DNA of 64,000 nt, taken from the NCBI GenBank assembly GCA_027923505.1, contig BROI01000002.1:1-64000 (forward strand), in the 5' to 3' direction. Shown piece after piece: positions 32,666-44,459 of this stretch (positions are counted from its first letter, which is position 1; every line of letters starts with the position of its first letter). The notes below the pieces were generated by a model. That model was not told the DNA's origin, made no database searches, and saw only the letters and a list, made by a program, of their open reading frames with translations. The stretch comes from Mayamaea pseudoterrestris (Eukaryota). Both the position numbers and the translations under genes were made by a program.

Positions 32666-35600
32666 ATGACCCGCAAAACTCCGCGGCGCCGCCAAGAATC
32701 GACCATGGAAGAAGAAAGAGCAACGACACTTATTGATACACAAGCCTCTGACGCACTTGCAAAAGTAGTTGCCGATCTCTACAACGATCCTATTTACATG
32801 GTGCATAACGGCTTGGCGCAGGACTCTTGCAACGCGGCATTGACTACCGGTAGTAACGCGGAGCATCAAGACGAAGAAGCTATAAACGGCAGCATGCCAC
32901 TGTCGCAACGAAAGCCTCATCCGCTAAACACATCAGCAGCATCAAGCAATCAGCGACCTCATATGCTACAGGAACCAAGAAGTAGCAGCAGCAAAAGTAA
33001 CGACCACGACGAAAAAGAGAAGAATCAAACCAATCACTCGCACAGCAACATGCGCATCACCTCCTCGCCAAGCCACCGATCCAACTTGTCTCCATCATCG
33101 CGCAAGCAACTCGTTCACCACCGCTCCTCGCCACACTCGCAGAGTTACATTGTCACGCTCGATCAACTGTCGCTCCGCGAGAAACTCTTGCTATTAACCG
33201 GCTCATCGCTCTGGACCATGCACGCACTACCAAAGCACCACTTGCCGTCCTTGACTTTGAGCGACGGCGGCCACGGCGTCCGCAAGCCGCTCGTGGAAAC
33301 CTCGCTGCAGCTGGCGCATCCCGCCACGTGCTTTCCGCCACTGTGTGCGCTGGCGTGCAGCTGGGACGAGTCGTTGATAGATCAAGTGGGGCAGGCCATT
33401 GCGCACGAGTGTTACTACTATCAGGTGAGTGTACTGCTGGGACCAGGCTTAAACTTGAAGCGACATTCCTGCGGCGGCCGCAACTTTGAATACTTTTCCG
33501 AAGATCCGCTCTTGTCGGGACGACTGGCAGCTTCCTTCATCAAGGGCATTCAGCATTCGGGTCACGTGGCAGCTTGTCCCAAGCATTTCGCCGTCAACAA
33601 CCAGGAGACGCATCGGTTCGTCGTCAATGCACTCGTCGATCCCCGCACGGCGCGGGAACTATACTACAAGGCCTTTGAAATTTGCGTCAAAACATCGCAA
33701 CCAGCGACAATCATGTGCGCCTACAACAAAGTCAATGGCACTTATGCGAGCGAGCACTACTTTTTGCAGACGCAGTTGCTGCGCCAGGAGTGGGGTTTCG
33801 ATGGTGTGTGCATGACGGACTGGGGCGCCACGCATGACCGCGCGGCAGGCATCAAGGCGGGTATGGATTTGGAAATGCCGGGTAGTCATGGCGCGCATGA
33901 TCGGAGTATACGCATGGCGCTGAAAAGTGGTAGTGAAAGTGATGTTGATGGTAATAATGATGAAGCTGGTGGCGGTGGAGAATTCATGACAACCACCTTG
34001 CGCATGGAGGAGATTGACGTTTGCGCCGAGCGCGTGTTGCAACTGGTGCAACGCTATCGAGCGACGGCGCGCGCGACGGGGATAGAAGTGGATTGGGAGC
34101 AACATGCGCAACTGGCGCGACAGGCTGCCCGCGACTCGATTGTGTTGCTCAAGAATGAAGACAATCTACTGCCACTGGCGCGCAACACGTCTGTCGCATT
34201 GATTGGTGACTTTGCCAAGGATCATCCGCGCATTCAAGGCATGGGGAGTGCGCAAGTGACGCCCTTTCGAGTGGAGACTGTGTATGAGGAGATGCAGCAC
34301 TACACCAACAAGATTACCTTTGCCAAGGGCTACGACGGGGATGACGATCATCCTACTCAATTCAATACCGAGCTCTTGAGTGAGGCTGTCGAAATTGCCA
34401 AGCCGGCAGATGTTGTTCTCCTGTTCATTGGACTGCCCGAAATTATGGAGGCGGAAGGAATGGATCGGGAACACATGCGGCTACCAGCGCAGCATAATGC
34501 ACTGCTGAATGAAGTATTGGCTGTCAACTCGAACGTTGTCGTTGTCATTACCAACGGCGGGACGGTGGAGCTACCTGATTGCTGCGATCATGCCAAGGCT
34601 ATTCTGGAAGGATACTTGCTGGGACAGTCGGGCGGCGGAGCCATGTGTGACATTATATTCGGTCATCAGTCACCGTGTGGCAAGTTGGCGGAAACCATGC
34701 CGCTACGTCAAGCAGACTTGCTGTGTGACAAGTATTTTCCCGGCGATCGCGATGTTGTGGCGCACTTTGAAGGGCTCGATGTTGGATACAGATATTTTAA
34801 TACGGCGAACAAGCGTGTCCGATTTCCTTTTGGCCATGGTCTGTCGTATACCACTTTTGAATTTTCCAATCTGCAGACAACCGTCGAATTGGACGACGAT
34901 AATGACAAGAAAGTGCATGTCACGTTGGATTTGAAGAATACGGGGCAAATGGCTGCGAAGGAGGTCGTACAATTGTATGTGCACGATGTGATAGCGTCAG
35001 TGTACCGCCCATTTCATGAATTGAAAGCTTATGCAAAAGTGTCTCTCGAGCCTGGCGAGACCAAAACAGTACAAATGAGTCTCGACAGGGATGCGTTTGC
35101 TTTCTGGGACATTGGAGTCGACGATTGGGTTGTTGAGGCTGGAGAATTTGAAATACAAGTTGGATCCAGCAGTCAGCTGATAGAGTTGCGGCAACGGATT
35201 ACCTTTGAGAAAGGGCAAGATGCTAGTGAGTTGTCAAGAGACTCCTATCCACCAACAACGAATGGAACACTGCACGAAATCAGCCACGAAACATTCGCGA
35301 AACGATTTGGCGCGCAGGCAGAGTTGATCCTTGACAACATTCGCTCGAGGATTGCTTCAAGCGCTTTTGACCGCAACTCCATGTTAAAGGAGATCGCTTT
35401 GGTGTCGCTCATTGGAAAGCTCTTTGTCCGCATTGTATTCACGGAGGCTTCGCGCGAAATTAAGCCTGGGCCTTCGGAGCAGCGCCAGAAGAAGATGATA
35501 CGAGCCAACGTGGAAAACCTTCCGCTACGAGTGTTGGTTCTTTTTAGTAAAGGAGGTTTGTCATTCACATTGTTGGATGCTATCATTGCGATATTGAATG

Positions 35601-35695
35601 GGTATTATTGCTTGGCGTTTGTGTTTCTCTTCTACGCCTCTGTCTACGCTGTGAAGGATACAGTCTTGGATCTGTTTGGCCAACGTACACCTTGA
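32666..35695 (+). CDS. Glycoside hydrolase family 3 beta-glucosidase (GH3_N, GH3_C, Fn3-like) with N-terminal low-complexity extension and hydrophobic C-terminus; intronless
   Basis: LSDGGHGVR, LLGPGLNLKR...GRNFEYFSEDP, CPKHFAVNNQE, nucleophile motif MTDWG, GMDLEMPG, SIVLLKNE, VGYRYF..FPFGHGLSYT, KEVVQLYV..ELKAY. Confidence 0.93.
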   Translation: MTRKTPRRRQESTMEEERATTLIDTQASDALAKVVADLYNDPIYMVHNGLAQDSCNAALTTGSNAEHQDEEAINGSMPLSQRKPHPLNTSAASSNQRPHMLQEPRSSSSKSNDHDEKEKNQTNHSHSNMRITSSPSHRSNLSPSSRKQLVHHRSSPHSQSYIVTLDQLSLREKLLLLTGSSLWTMHALPKHHLPSLTLSDGGHGVRKPLVETSLQLAHPATCFPPLCALACSWDESLIDQVGQAIAHECYYYQVSVLLGPGLNLKRHSCGGRNFEYFSEDPLLSGRLAASFIKGIQHSGHVAACPKHFAVNNQETHRFVVNALVDPRTARELYYKAFEICVKTSQPATIMCAYNKVNGTYASEHYFLQTQLLRQEWGFDGVCMTDWGATHDRAAGIKAGMDLEMPGSHGAHDRSIRMALKSGSESDVDGNNDEAGGGGEFMTTTLRMEEIDVCAERVLQLVQRYRATARATGIEVDWEQHAQLARQAARDSIVLLKNEDNLLPLARNTSVALIGDFAKDHPRIQGMGSAQVTPFRVETVYEEMQHYTNKITFAKGYDGDDDHPTQFNTELLSEAVEIAKPADVVLLFIGLPEIMEAEGMDREHMRLPAQHNALLNEVLAVNSNVVVVITNGGTVELPDCCDHAKAILEGYLLGQSGGGAMCDIIFGHQSPCGKLAETMPLRQADLLCDKYFPGDRDVVAHFEGLDVGYRYFNTANKRVRFPFGHGLSYTTFEFSNLQTTVELDDDNDKKVHVTLDLKNTGQMAAKEVVQLYVHDVIASVYRPFHELKAYAKVSLEPGETKTVQMSLDRDAFAFWDIGVDDWVVEAGEFEIQVGSSSQLIELRQRITFEKGQDASELSRDSYPPTTNGTLHEISHETFAKRFGAQAELILDNIRSRIASSAFDRNSMLKEIALVSLIGKLFVRIVFTEASREIKPGPSEQRQKKMIRANVENLPLRVLVLFSKGGLSFTLLDAIIAILNGYYCLAFVFLFYASVYAVKDTVLDLFGQRTP

Positions 35696-36071
35696 GAAGC
35701 AACACATTGCCGACGCAAAAGGTTGTAGTATGCGGTCGACGAAAAAGCAGTGCCGACAGCGTTGCCCCATAACGTTATAATCACTGCGGACGTCGCACGT
35801 TTTTGCTTATAAGCAGAAGGATATGGCAGACTTCTGAGTCGACGATACAAGCAAGCGTTGCCGCGATAGTTTTTCTTGCTAACAAACATAATAAGCTACC
35901 GGAGTAAACATACTCTTTCGAGAAGGGCGTTACCCGTCATATGTACAAGTACGATAGCTATCGTTTCCGGAAATGACAAGGCTCTTTCTCACCTCCATCA
36001 CTGTGGCACAGAGAGTGAAAGCGTGACTGGAATGCACGATTGACGATCTTCAGTTTCATTGTTTTGTCACC

Positions 36072-37430
36072 ATGGCAAAAACTCCTCGAATGCGCGCCAT
36101 TGGCGTCCTCTTCTGCACCGTAGGATGTCTCGAGACGGATGCGCTATCACTGCGTATCGTGCGATATCGAGACGAACATTCTGCGAATCCCCACTGGCCC
36201 GTGACGCCGCGACAAATCGCCATGCCCGCAGCTGCGACTAGAGAACGACACAATCGAACAGCAACTAATCAACGACGAAACACGCCTTCTGACTCCATCG
36301 AGGAGTTTCAAAAAGATGTTTCCACTGTATTACAGGATCTTCGCGGTTCGGTAGCGGATCCGATGATTCCCGCTCTCTTTCGCCGCGACGACAATGGCGG
36401 CCCTTCCTTCTCCAAAACGTGGACGCTGAGCGATTGGGAGCGCCATTCTTCGAGACGACGCTATTTAGATTACCTTTGGACCTTTCGTCGCTCGCGCATG
36501 CTTCGAAGCCTGTTGCCGCAGTTGACGGTTCTGGCGTCATGGAGTCTCTTGACGGTAATGTGGCTTGTGCCAAGCATTACATCTCGCTTGCATATTCCAC
36601 TCGCTCCATTGTCAATAGTCTTCACCTTTGTTGCTGCATTACTGACATTGCGCAGCAATCAAGGACTCGACCGGCTTGCTCAAGGGCGAGCTGCCATGCG
36701 GATGGCTCTGTGGAACACGCGGCATTTGGCGCAGCTTCTTGCATCATCCGTGTATTTTCGCAATCCATATTTGGCGCTCAAGGCTTTGCGGCACGTTGCA
36801 ATCTTTGTGTGGATGCTCAAGAACTTTATGCGTGAAGATGAAATGAATATTTCGGTACGTTTGAAAGCAGATACTTACTTGCGTACACAAAATAAGCGAA
36901 ACTGATTCTCAGTTGCCAAACCTCGTTGCTGTTGAAAGGACATTGACATTTTGAACGCAATGCTTGATCCTAAGGACGCAGCCTTTGTGTCAAGACATCG
37001 CAAACGGCCGGTCGCAGTTGTGACTCGGCTGCTGCAAATAATAGCGCATTTGTCGGACCAGCTGCCAATCGCCGAGCAACTCAAGTTGAAGCACGCCATT
37101 CAAAGGCTCAACGAATGCATCACGACATGTGAACGCATCAGGGCGTCACCAATTCCACCTCTTTACACGGCACATACTGATCTACTATTGACTTGTTACC
37201 TTTTTCTTCTGCCACTGGCTCTGCAGGGAAGTGGAATGCTGCACCCGGTGGTGACATTTATTACCACAATGGTTGTGGGCTACGCAATGTTGGGCTTGGA
37301 TGAGATATCTCACATTCTGGAACAACCTTTCAAGCTCATTCCGCTCTACCAGCAAGCCAAACATAGCATGATGGATGTTGCCGACGCTATTGTCGAAGAA
37401 CCGCCAGCGTTGACTGCATTGACGGAATAA
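36072..37430 (+). CDS. Bestrophin-like anion channel (UPF0187/BST/VCCN type), probably plastid-targeted; exons 36072-36854 and 36939-37430
   Basis: W..HSSRRRY, LLTLRSNQGLDR...GR, CERIRASPIPPLYTAHT, LGLDEISHILEQPF. Leader ends ETDA|L. GTACGT...AAG intron is in phase. Confidence 0.85.
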
Positions 37431-37567
37431 ATTGATACGGCAACGCTTTAAATCCAGCCCAATATGATCACCTTTACTTCTACGAGTGTTTTGGTAATCG
37501 AGTCAAGTTGCATGACAAGTTACGTTTCTATATACTTTATCATCTACCTCTTCCTATGTCATTATAA

Positions 37568-38023
37568 TTACTCGCAGAACTGCACATTACTGACAAAGTA
37601 GCCAATCTCTTCATCCGCGATTAGCGCCGAGACGTCAATCCAAAGCTCCTTGACATATCCCAACTCCCTATCGAAGCGAACTCGGCAACTAGCAGCGCCA
37701 GATTCCGGACAATCCTTGACGCAATACTTTTCCACCAAGTCAAAGAGCTCCGAGACGGTTGGCATTTCCGTAGCAAACATGCTAGTATCTTGCACGACGC
37801 CGTCCACAATCTCCAGCGCATGAGGTCCACGATACTCCTCCGTGCAAAAGCACTGCTTCTCGAGCGTCATGCTGTAGCAGCTGGGCGACGAAGCTTTCAA
37901 GGCCCACTTGGCTTTGGATGCATTGAGGCGTTTGCGGATCTGGCGCCAATTGTTTTGGCACTCCTCGGCAAGCGAGACGACTACCAAACAAGATAAAACG
38001 AAAAGGCTGTGCTTGATAAACAT
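37568..38023 (-). CDS. Secreted DUF6174-like protein
   Basis: Signal peptide, then A.AKW....YSMTLEKQCFC.....P..LEIVDG...PTVSELF...VRFD.ELGY..ELWID...IADEE.GY.V, the pattern of the mainly bacterial DUF6174 family. Confidence 0.75.
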   Translation of the reverse strand: MFIKHSLFVLSCLVVVSLAEECQNNWRQIRKRLNASKAKWALKASSPSCYSMTLEKQCFCTEEYRGPHALEIVDGVVQDTSMFATEMPTVSELFDLVEKYCVKDCPESGAASCRVRFDRELGYVKELWIDVSALIADEEIGYFVSNVQFCE

Positions 38024-38860
38024 GTTGTGATGATTGTGATTGTTGTGAGGTCAATGCGAAAATAATTTATGAATCGATCGTCCATCCTCCGAATCCGTCT
38101 TGTCGTTGTCGTGTTTTGCGAAGAAATTAGCCGATGTAAGTCGTGGTGAGTCATGCATTTCTCTAGCTATGCCAGTCCCGCCAGGTTCCTCGGAAATCAC
38201 TACTTAACCTGTTGAGCATACCTCTTAAGCAGGAAAGTCTCTTATCTGATGTAACAGTACCGCGTACGCCTACGGTAGAAGAAGTATTTATTGGCACGGA
38301 TGCAATAAGGCGAGAACTCATACAGCACAACATGAAAAGGCTACTGTCCCTATTCATCCCTGCGTGGAAGCCATAATTAAACTGAACTCTCTTGAGACAG
38401 CACCCAGGTATTAAAGTAACGTATAAATAGCAAGCACTTGTATACCGGTATTAGCTTGGTGGCGTTGTTATCCACGCGTACGAAGCGTCACATCGGAGGA
38501 GTCGGCGCCGTCGCAAATGGGATTTCGAAAGCAAATCGTTTGAGAATTTGGGTCATAAGACTCAATTGGGCAATGCAAGTAGTATGACATTTTACGAGCA
38601 AGAGTCATAAGGCATATTTAGTTTATACTTTTCTTGAAGTAAAAATGACTCTACGACTAATGGCGGGACGAATGAAAGCGAGGCATATCTCTCTACGACT
38701 ACTCCCGTTATTGCCCTATCAGACATGCCGAACCCATTCCACTGACGCCCGACTCGAAATTGCCGCCACCGCATCGTCGACTGTGCCCCATTGCAGTTCG
38801 ACAAACGATTCACTCTGCTCTGCCTTTTACCTTGCCACAAGGACCCCACTATACACTGTT

Positions 38861-39943
38861 ATGAACGCCGATCAGATCAAGCGACAGCGCGTGGTGCGCC
38901 GCTCCTACAGCTCCGAAAGCACCACGGTGCGACTGGCGCAGGTGCAGCAGCGGCACGCTCCATCGCGCAGCAAGAGTTTCGAGCTGGTTGGACGAACCTG
39001 TCGCGTCATTCAGACGCGGCCAGCGTTGGAGCGGGAGATTAGTGGATTGGGAATGGAGGATCCAGTTGTCGCAAAGCAACGACGAAACAGTCGAGGAATC
39101 AAATTGGGAGGCGTGATGGAGGAAACAATGGGCGGCGATGAAAGTTGTTCGCTTTCCATTGCTAGTGATCCAACCGCCAATGAAGAGAATGAGTTACTTG
39201 ATATAGCACTGTTCCAAGCGTCCTTGAGCATGGGAGATAGTAGTGGACTGCTGTCAGAAAGTGGATTCAGTACAAGTTGCAGCGGTCATTTGGAGTTGGA
39301 CGATGATGAAAACGAAACCATGGTCCAACAATCTTCGCATTTCCATCGTTCAAAAAGTGACATAGCCAAGTCTCTAGTCAGCTCGTCACCGCATCATGCC
39401 AAGCCAGAATTGATACTTCCGCCTGGAATGGAGGATTTACAAGCCTTTATGAAAAGTATGAATGTGGACGAAGCGCTCGAGATATGTTAGCAGCTGGATG
39501 CCCAAGAGATTGAACAGTATAAAGAACATCAACAGCATGTGTCGCAACTACGACGGCAGAGAAGTTTGGATTTTGCAATCTTCAAGCCGAGAAGAAGCAG
39601 TCTGAAAAGTGCAACCTCAAAGTCAAGTCGCAATCAACAATCGTTGGAAGGCAGTAGCAATGGTGACCAGCAGGAGCAGCTTGCTTTGGACGTCAGCCCA
39701 GTTCAAGTCAAACAGTCGCCGCCTGCTGGGAGTATGGATCGTGCAATTCTGGATAGTGGCATGGAAATGGTGATTGATGATGCTCCAACGTCGCCAGTGT
39801 CGCCTCAGCCGCAAAGTTGCTCGCCGCGACGAAGCAAACGAACCGTGCGAAAGCTTCGCGTCGTTGGCAACCACGCTGCCAACTCCTCCATCAGTCTTGA
39901 ACACATGGCCAATGTATGCAGTGTCATTTCGCATCGAGAGTAA
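38861..39943 (+). CDS. Hypothetical S/R-rich disordered protein interrupted by one in-frame TAG at 39488-39490 (nonsense allele, readthrough or sequence error)
   Basis: ORFs 38645-39490 and 39539-39943 are in the same frame with only a single TAG between them. The intervening codons read QLDAQEIEQYKEHQQH. Start uncertain (38645 or 38861). Confidence 0.5.
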
Positions 39944-40414
39944 GTTGTAAGAATAAGTAAGGTGAATGGCTGGAGTGAGTGGACTTTCTTCGGTGTTGCA
40001 CTATCATCGCCTCCGTCATTGGCAAGCTTATCGAGTCGAATAGAGCCATTACATGAATAACATTAATAAGCTTAAGCCTGTCACCATTCCAGCTTTATAG
40101 TGCGGCTGCAGCTTTACAATATGTAAGCCAGTGGTTATTGAAACGCATTACCAGTAGTTGACATCGCTCCAATGAGATCCAAAACGAGTTACCAAGCTTC
40201 ACCATCACACATCTCTCCATTTATGTGTATTGCATTGTACCGACAAGACTAGCTAACTAGTGCAGCTACCGTGACTGCGTTAAACCTATTCGCACGTTAA
40301 AGCTGCTGCATGTTGTGTGTCTTATGGAAACGACCTGTCATCGGCCAGCCAACTCGGTCAAACTACAAAAGGTGGCTCAATTCTTTTGCTGTCTATTATG
40401 CGTATCGCTTACTT

Positions 40415-42114
40415 CTACAAGTCGGCACCCTTTAATGACAAAACTGTTCCCACGGCACCCATGCAGACTCCCAACACTCCAATTAATGCCGCTGGAATCG
40501 TTTCGCGCGTACGTTTCGTTTGCGATTTCAAAAACATGATGACTGGATACACAAAGACAAGTGCCGTTCCAAAGGTTGCTCCGCCAACACTCGCCACGAG
40601 TCCTAGATCCGTCAACTTGGCTGCCAGCAGTGTCACTAGTGCCATGATTCCAAACGTTACCTTGTTCAACGTGGCATCGTTTCGCTCCTTGATTTTGAAC
40701 AAATCCAGCAATCCGTCACGCGCACCGACAAAAATGAGCGGGTAACTGCAGGTAATGCTGATTGCCACGGCGATGCGCGACAAGCTAGCCAAGCCATCGG
40801 CTGTGGAGTAATTGTTCAAAATCAAACCGTTGCTTGCTGCACCAAAGGTTAGGAACCCAAAAGCTGTAATCAAACCGTAAATCAAAACGGATGTTCCAAA
40901 GGACCAGCCAATCACTTGATTAAAACGAGGCATGGTTGGATTGCGTAACTCTGCCAGAAACTTTGGCGCGTTAAAGTGAGCAATGTAGGCTGCGTTGGAA
41001 AAAAGGCAGGCGCAAAAAGACCGAGTGAGATGTTATCGAAATATTGGTGACTATGCATATATTATTGTGCTTGTTCCACCACCATGACGCAAAATACGTA
41101 CCATTACTTAGCATGCACATGAGAATCAACGACTGCGGCGTCAATGCCCCACTCGCCCCAATGCTTCCAAAGACTGGTGTCGCCAGTTGACTGGCATGGT
41201 AGGCTCCGCCCAGCGCGTAGGATTTGCCAAAATACCTCAAACCCATGACGAGCGTCGTGTACAGCATGCCCACGATACCAACGAGCGAAAAGGGCGCCAG
41301 TGAGCTCAGATTCTTGAGCAAACATAGCGGCACGAGCACCGCGCCTGTGACTCCCACTAAGCTTTGGGTGCGCGTCAGTACGAAACCCAGACTGAGTGCC
41401 AGTGCCCGGACCGTATCCGCCAGTATCATGCTGTACGACAAGTTTCCGGCGAAGCAGTCAATGAAGCAGGAAAAGGCAATGAGCTTGGCGCTGGCGGAAC
41501 TACTACTTGATGCACTCTTGCCGTTGTTGCCTTTGCTCATGACGGCATCCCACGCTTCACTGTACGAGTTTGTCTTTGTGGATTGACAAATGCGACCAAT
41601 GAGTTGAAAGGTATAGGCCGAAAGAGCGCCCATGCTGGCAATGAGCAGCAAGGCTGGCACCAAGGCGGATGGGTTGTTTCCAAACGCCGCCACTCCGGCG
41701 GGGAGCGACAAGACGCCGGCTCCAACAATCTGTATATAAAATGATTTAGATATTGGATAATAAATGAGTCAATATATACAGTATAGAAACGCAGTGAAAA
41801 TGGTTTGCGAAGAGCAAACAGCAAGCTGCTTCGCAGCTTCGCGCTCGCTGCGTCAAGCGCAACTGATACTGCATTGATATTTTACTTACCGACTTTACTA
41901 AATTAAAGACTTCATTGGGAATAGTAGCTCCTCCTCCTGGAGAAGCGTCCTCGTTGGCTGCTGCTGCCGCTCCGCCGTTTGGAACACTTGCAAGTAACGT
42001 TGATGGCTTCTTGTGGAGCGATGTTGCTGAAACGCTGGTATGACTCGCCGGCGCAAAGGCCGATGAAGACGTCACTAGCGGCAATAGACAGAGCAGCAAG
42101 TAGCAGCAGCGCAT
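40415..42114 (-). CDS. Amino acid transporter (Aa_trans/AAAP, SLC38/AVT-like) with bipartite plastid presequence; exons 42114-41890, 41729-41102, 40989-40415
   Basis: FNLVKS-IVGAGVLSLP, LCLLKNLSSLAPFS, AYIAHFNAPKF, GFLTFG...ILNNY, SYPL. Leader MRCCYLLLCLLPLVTSSSA|FAP is a canonical ASAFAP-type motif. Confidence 0.9.
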
Positions 42115-42339
42115 CTTGTATATGTAGTAATGCTGCTGCAAGACAGTGCAAGGCGACAGCAGTCGGTGGAAATTGTGAAGGTTGCAGCGAGACCTCACAA
42201 AGGATCGGCACCTCAAAAATCATCATGTCGTACCGTTACTCCTTCTTCTTGTCGGACCGTTAATGGGTCGTGGGGGAAAACGGATCGTCGTCCATTTTGT
42301 GGAACCAATTTACTAAACAAGTAGTTTTCGTTGGGTAGT

Positions 42340-44417
42340 ATGAGTACTCGAGCCATTCGCGCTATTCGAGGAGAAGCTTCCTTATTGCCTGTCGAGTCGC
42401 AGGAATCGTCCGACGATGATGAAGACGATGACGACGTAGCACCGAGCAAGAGTGCGTTTGCATCCATTGCCTTTGACGACGACGACGACTCTTTCAATTC
42501 GTCACAAGAGGAATCGGAAGATAACGTCAAGCAAAGCGATTTGGAGAAAGACAACGATTCTTATAACGATTTAAAACAGGAACAGAGCGTTTCTGACGCG
42601 GAAAGCGAGGAGGAAGATTTCGATGCCCTCATTTCCGAGTTTCAGTTGCAGGATGCCAAGGAAAACTCCTTGCCGAGTGCGCAATCTGCAGTACCAAAAT
42701 CTCCGTTTCAGCTGATACTTCGAGACATTGACGTTCGAAACATGGATATTGAGTGGAGCCTTCGCGTCGCGCTCCGGGAAGGTGCGCATGAAACTTCTGC
42801 AGCTACAACGCGGCAGCGTCGCATGCTTCTCTTTGGGCCTGCCCGAGATGGCTGGCCGCGTCCGCCTCGCCACGTGGGAGGAGGAATGGGTATGAAGAAA
42901 TATACCGACTTGGACAACAAAGATATTCCGTGGCCGTATAATGCCGAAACGTCGACGAATTCGTCAGCGCGCTGGTTTCAGTTCACATATTCCGACACGT
43001 ACCAGCAAGAGTGCAACGACTACGAAACGATACAAAGCTCTGGAGATTTTCATGCGCTCGTATGGTTCGTCATTCACCATCCCTACAATTGTCCAGCGCT
43101 CCTGCAGCTGTCAAGGGTGCTTTACCAAACGAATCACAGCAGTGACGGGTTGGCGTTTTTGCGTAGGTGTCTTTGGGTGTATGAATCAAGCGCCTTGCAT
43201 TCGTTTACGAGGGAGCACTTGAATGGAAACATGGGCTTGATGGATGCGGAGCAAGCGGAGAATCAAACGTTTTTTGCTGCCATGTTCAAGTTGGTTCAAG
43301 TGGCTCATGTTGCAGGGTAAGCGATTCTCGGAACGTTTGTTGAATTCTGTCAACTTTGTCTCATGTCATTCTCACCCGTCTCTTTGCTTTTTACAGACTG
43401 TATCAGACTGCGTTCGCCGTTTCCAGATTCATTCTTTCGCTTGATCCATTGCGAGATCCAATGGGAGTGTTGCTTTCACTCGACAGTTTCTGTTTGGCCA
43501 CAAACGCGGCGACCGACGCCAAATGGCTCATCGACCTGGTCGATTCAAATTCGTTACATATATATTACAAAGTCACTGCGGAAGAAGTCATCTCGTGCGA
43601 GTTGCAGTGCTTGCCGAACTGGGCATTCTCATATGCGCTGGCAAAGTTTCGATTGTATCAAGATGATGATGAGTCGGAGGAGTTGAAACTAGAAGCCAAT
43701 GCCGCGCTTCAAGATGCAATCAAGAAATTTCCCACCATTGTCCTGCGACTCTTGCAGGCGAATGGTGTTGACGCGATGGGTCGATCGTTTCGGCGCGACT
43801 GGAAAACAGTATTGGATTCTCACCGTAACCACGCAAATCAAGTGGTCAAGCTGTGGAACGACGCTTCAGATGCAGCCAACTTGCAGGCCTTTAATCTCGT
43901 TTGTAAAATTTTCATAAAGCAGCACTCACAGTTGTGGAGCAGCGATGATGTTCTCGACTTTATGTACAACAACCTGGTGGCAGTCATGGAAGCAGATCCT
44001 TCATCGTCTATGCCTTTATCTCCTAATGCTGCCTTGAGGCGATACGCGGCAGCCGATCCAGCAAACTATGATAATTCGTTTCCTCAGCTTCCACAGGAGG
44101 CCAATATCGTCGACCCTGGTCTGATTGCGCATGCCATGAATGTCGATCCTAATCGTGGGCGATTCCTCCGTCGTGGGCGCAGAGATAATGCGAATCACGA
44201 AGATGAACTGGACATGTTTGCCGCCGGCATGGCTCAACGAGGCATGCTTGGCCAATTCATGCAGGAAATCGATCCAGACTTTCCTCTTCTGGAGGTCTTT
44301 CTGCGCAGGTAAGCTAATAAAGAGAATTCAACGTATTTGCCTTATATGATCGAAACAAACTTATCCTTATCAAGCTTTTTGCCTTGGAATAGAGTCGCCG
44401 GAGTACCACCTCCATAA
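42340..44417 (+). CDS. TCF25: TCF25/Rqc1 ribosome quality control protein; exons 42340-43316, 43397-44308, 44375-44417
   Basis: MSTRAIR start, acidic tract, WPR, WFQF.YS..YQ, HPY...LLQLS, LSLDPLRDP, LPNWAFSYALA. The spliced C-terminus reads FLRSFLPW. Confidence 0.85.
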
Positions 44418-44459
44418 TTACACAGACACTAAAAGAATATGTAAAAATATAAGCAAAAT

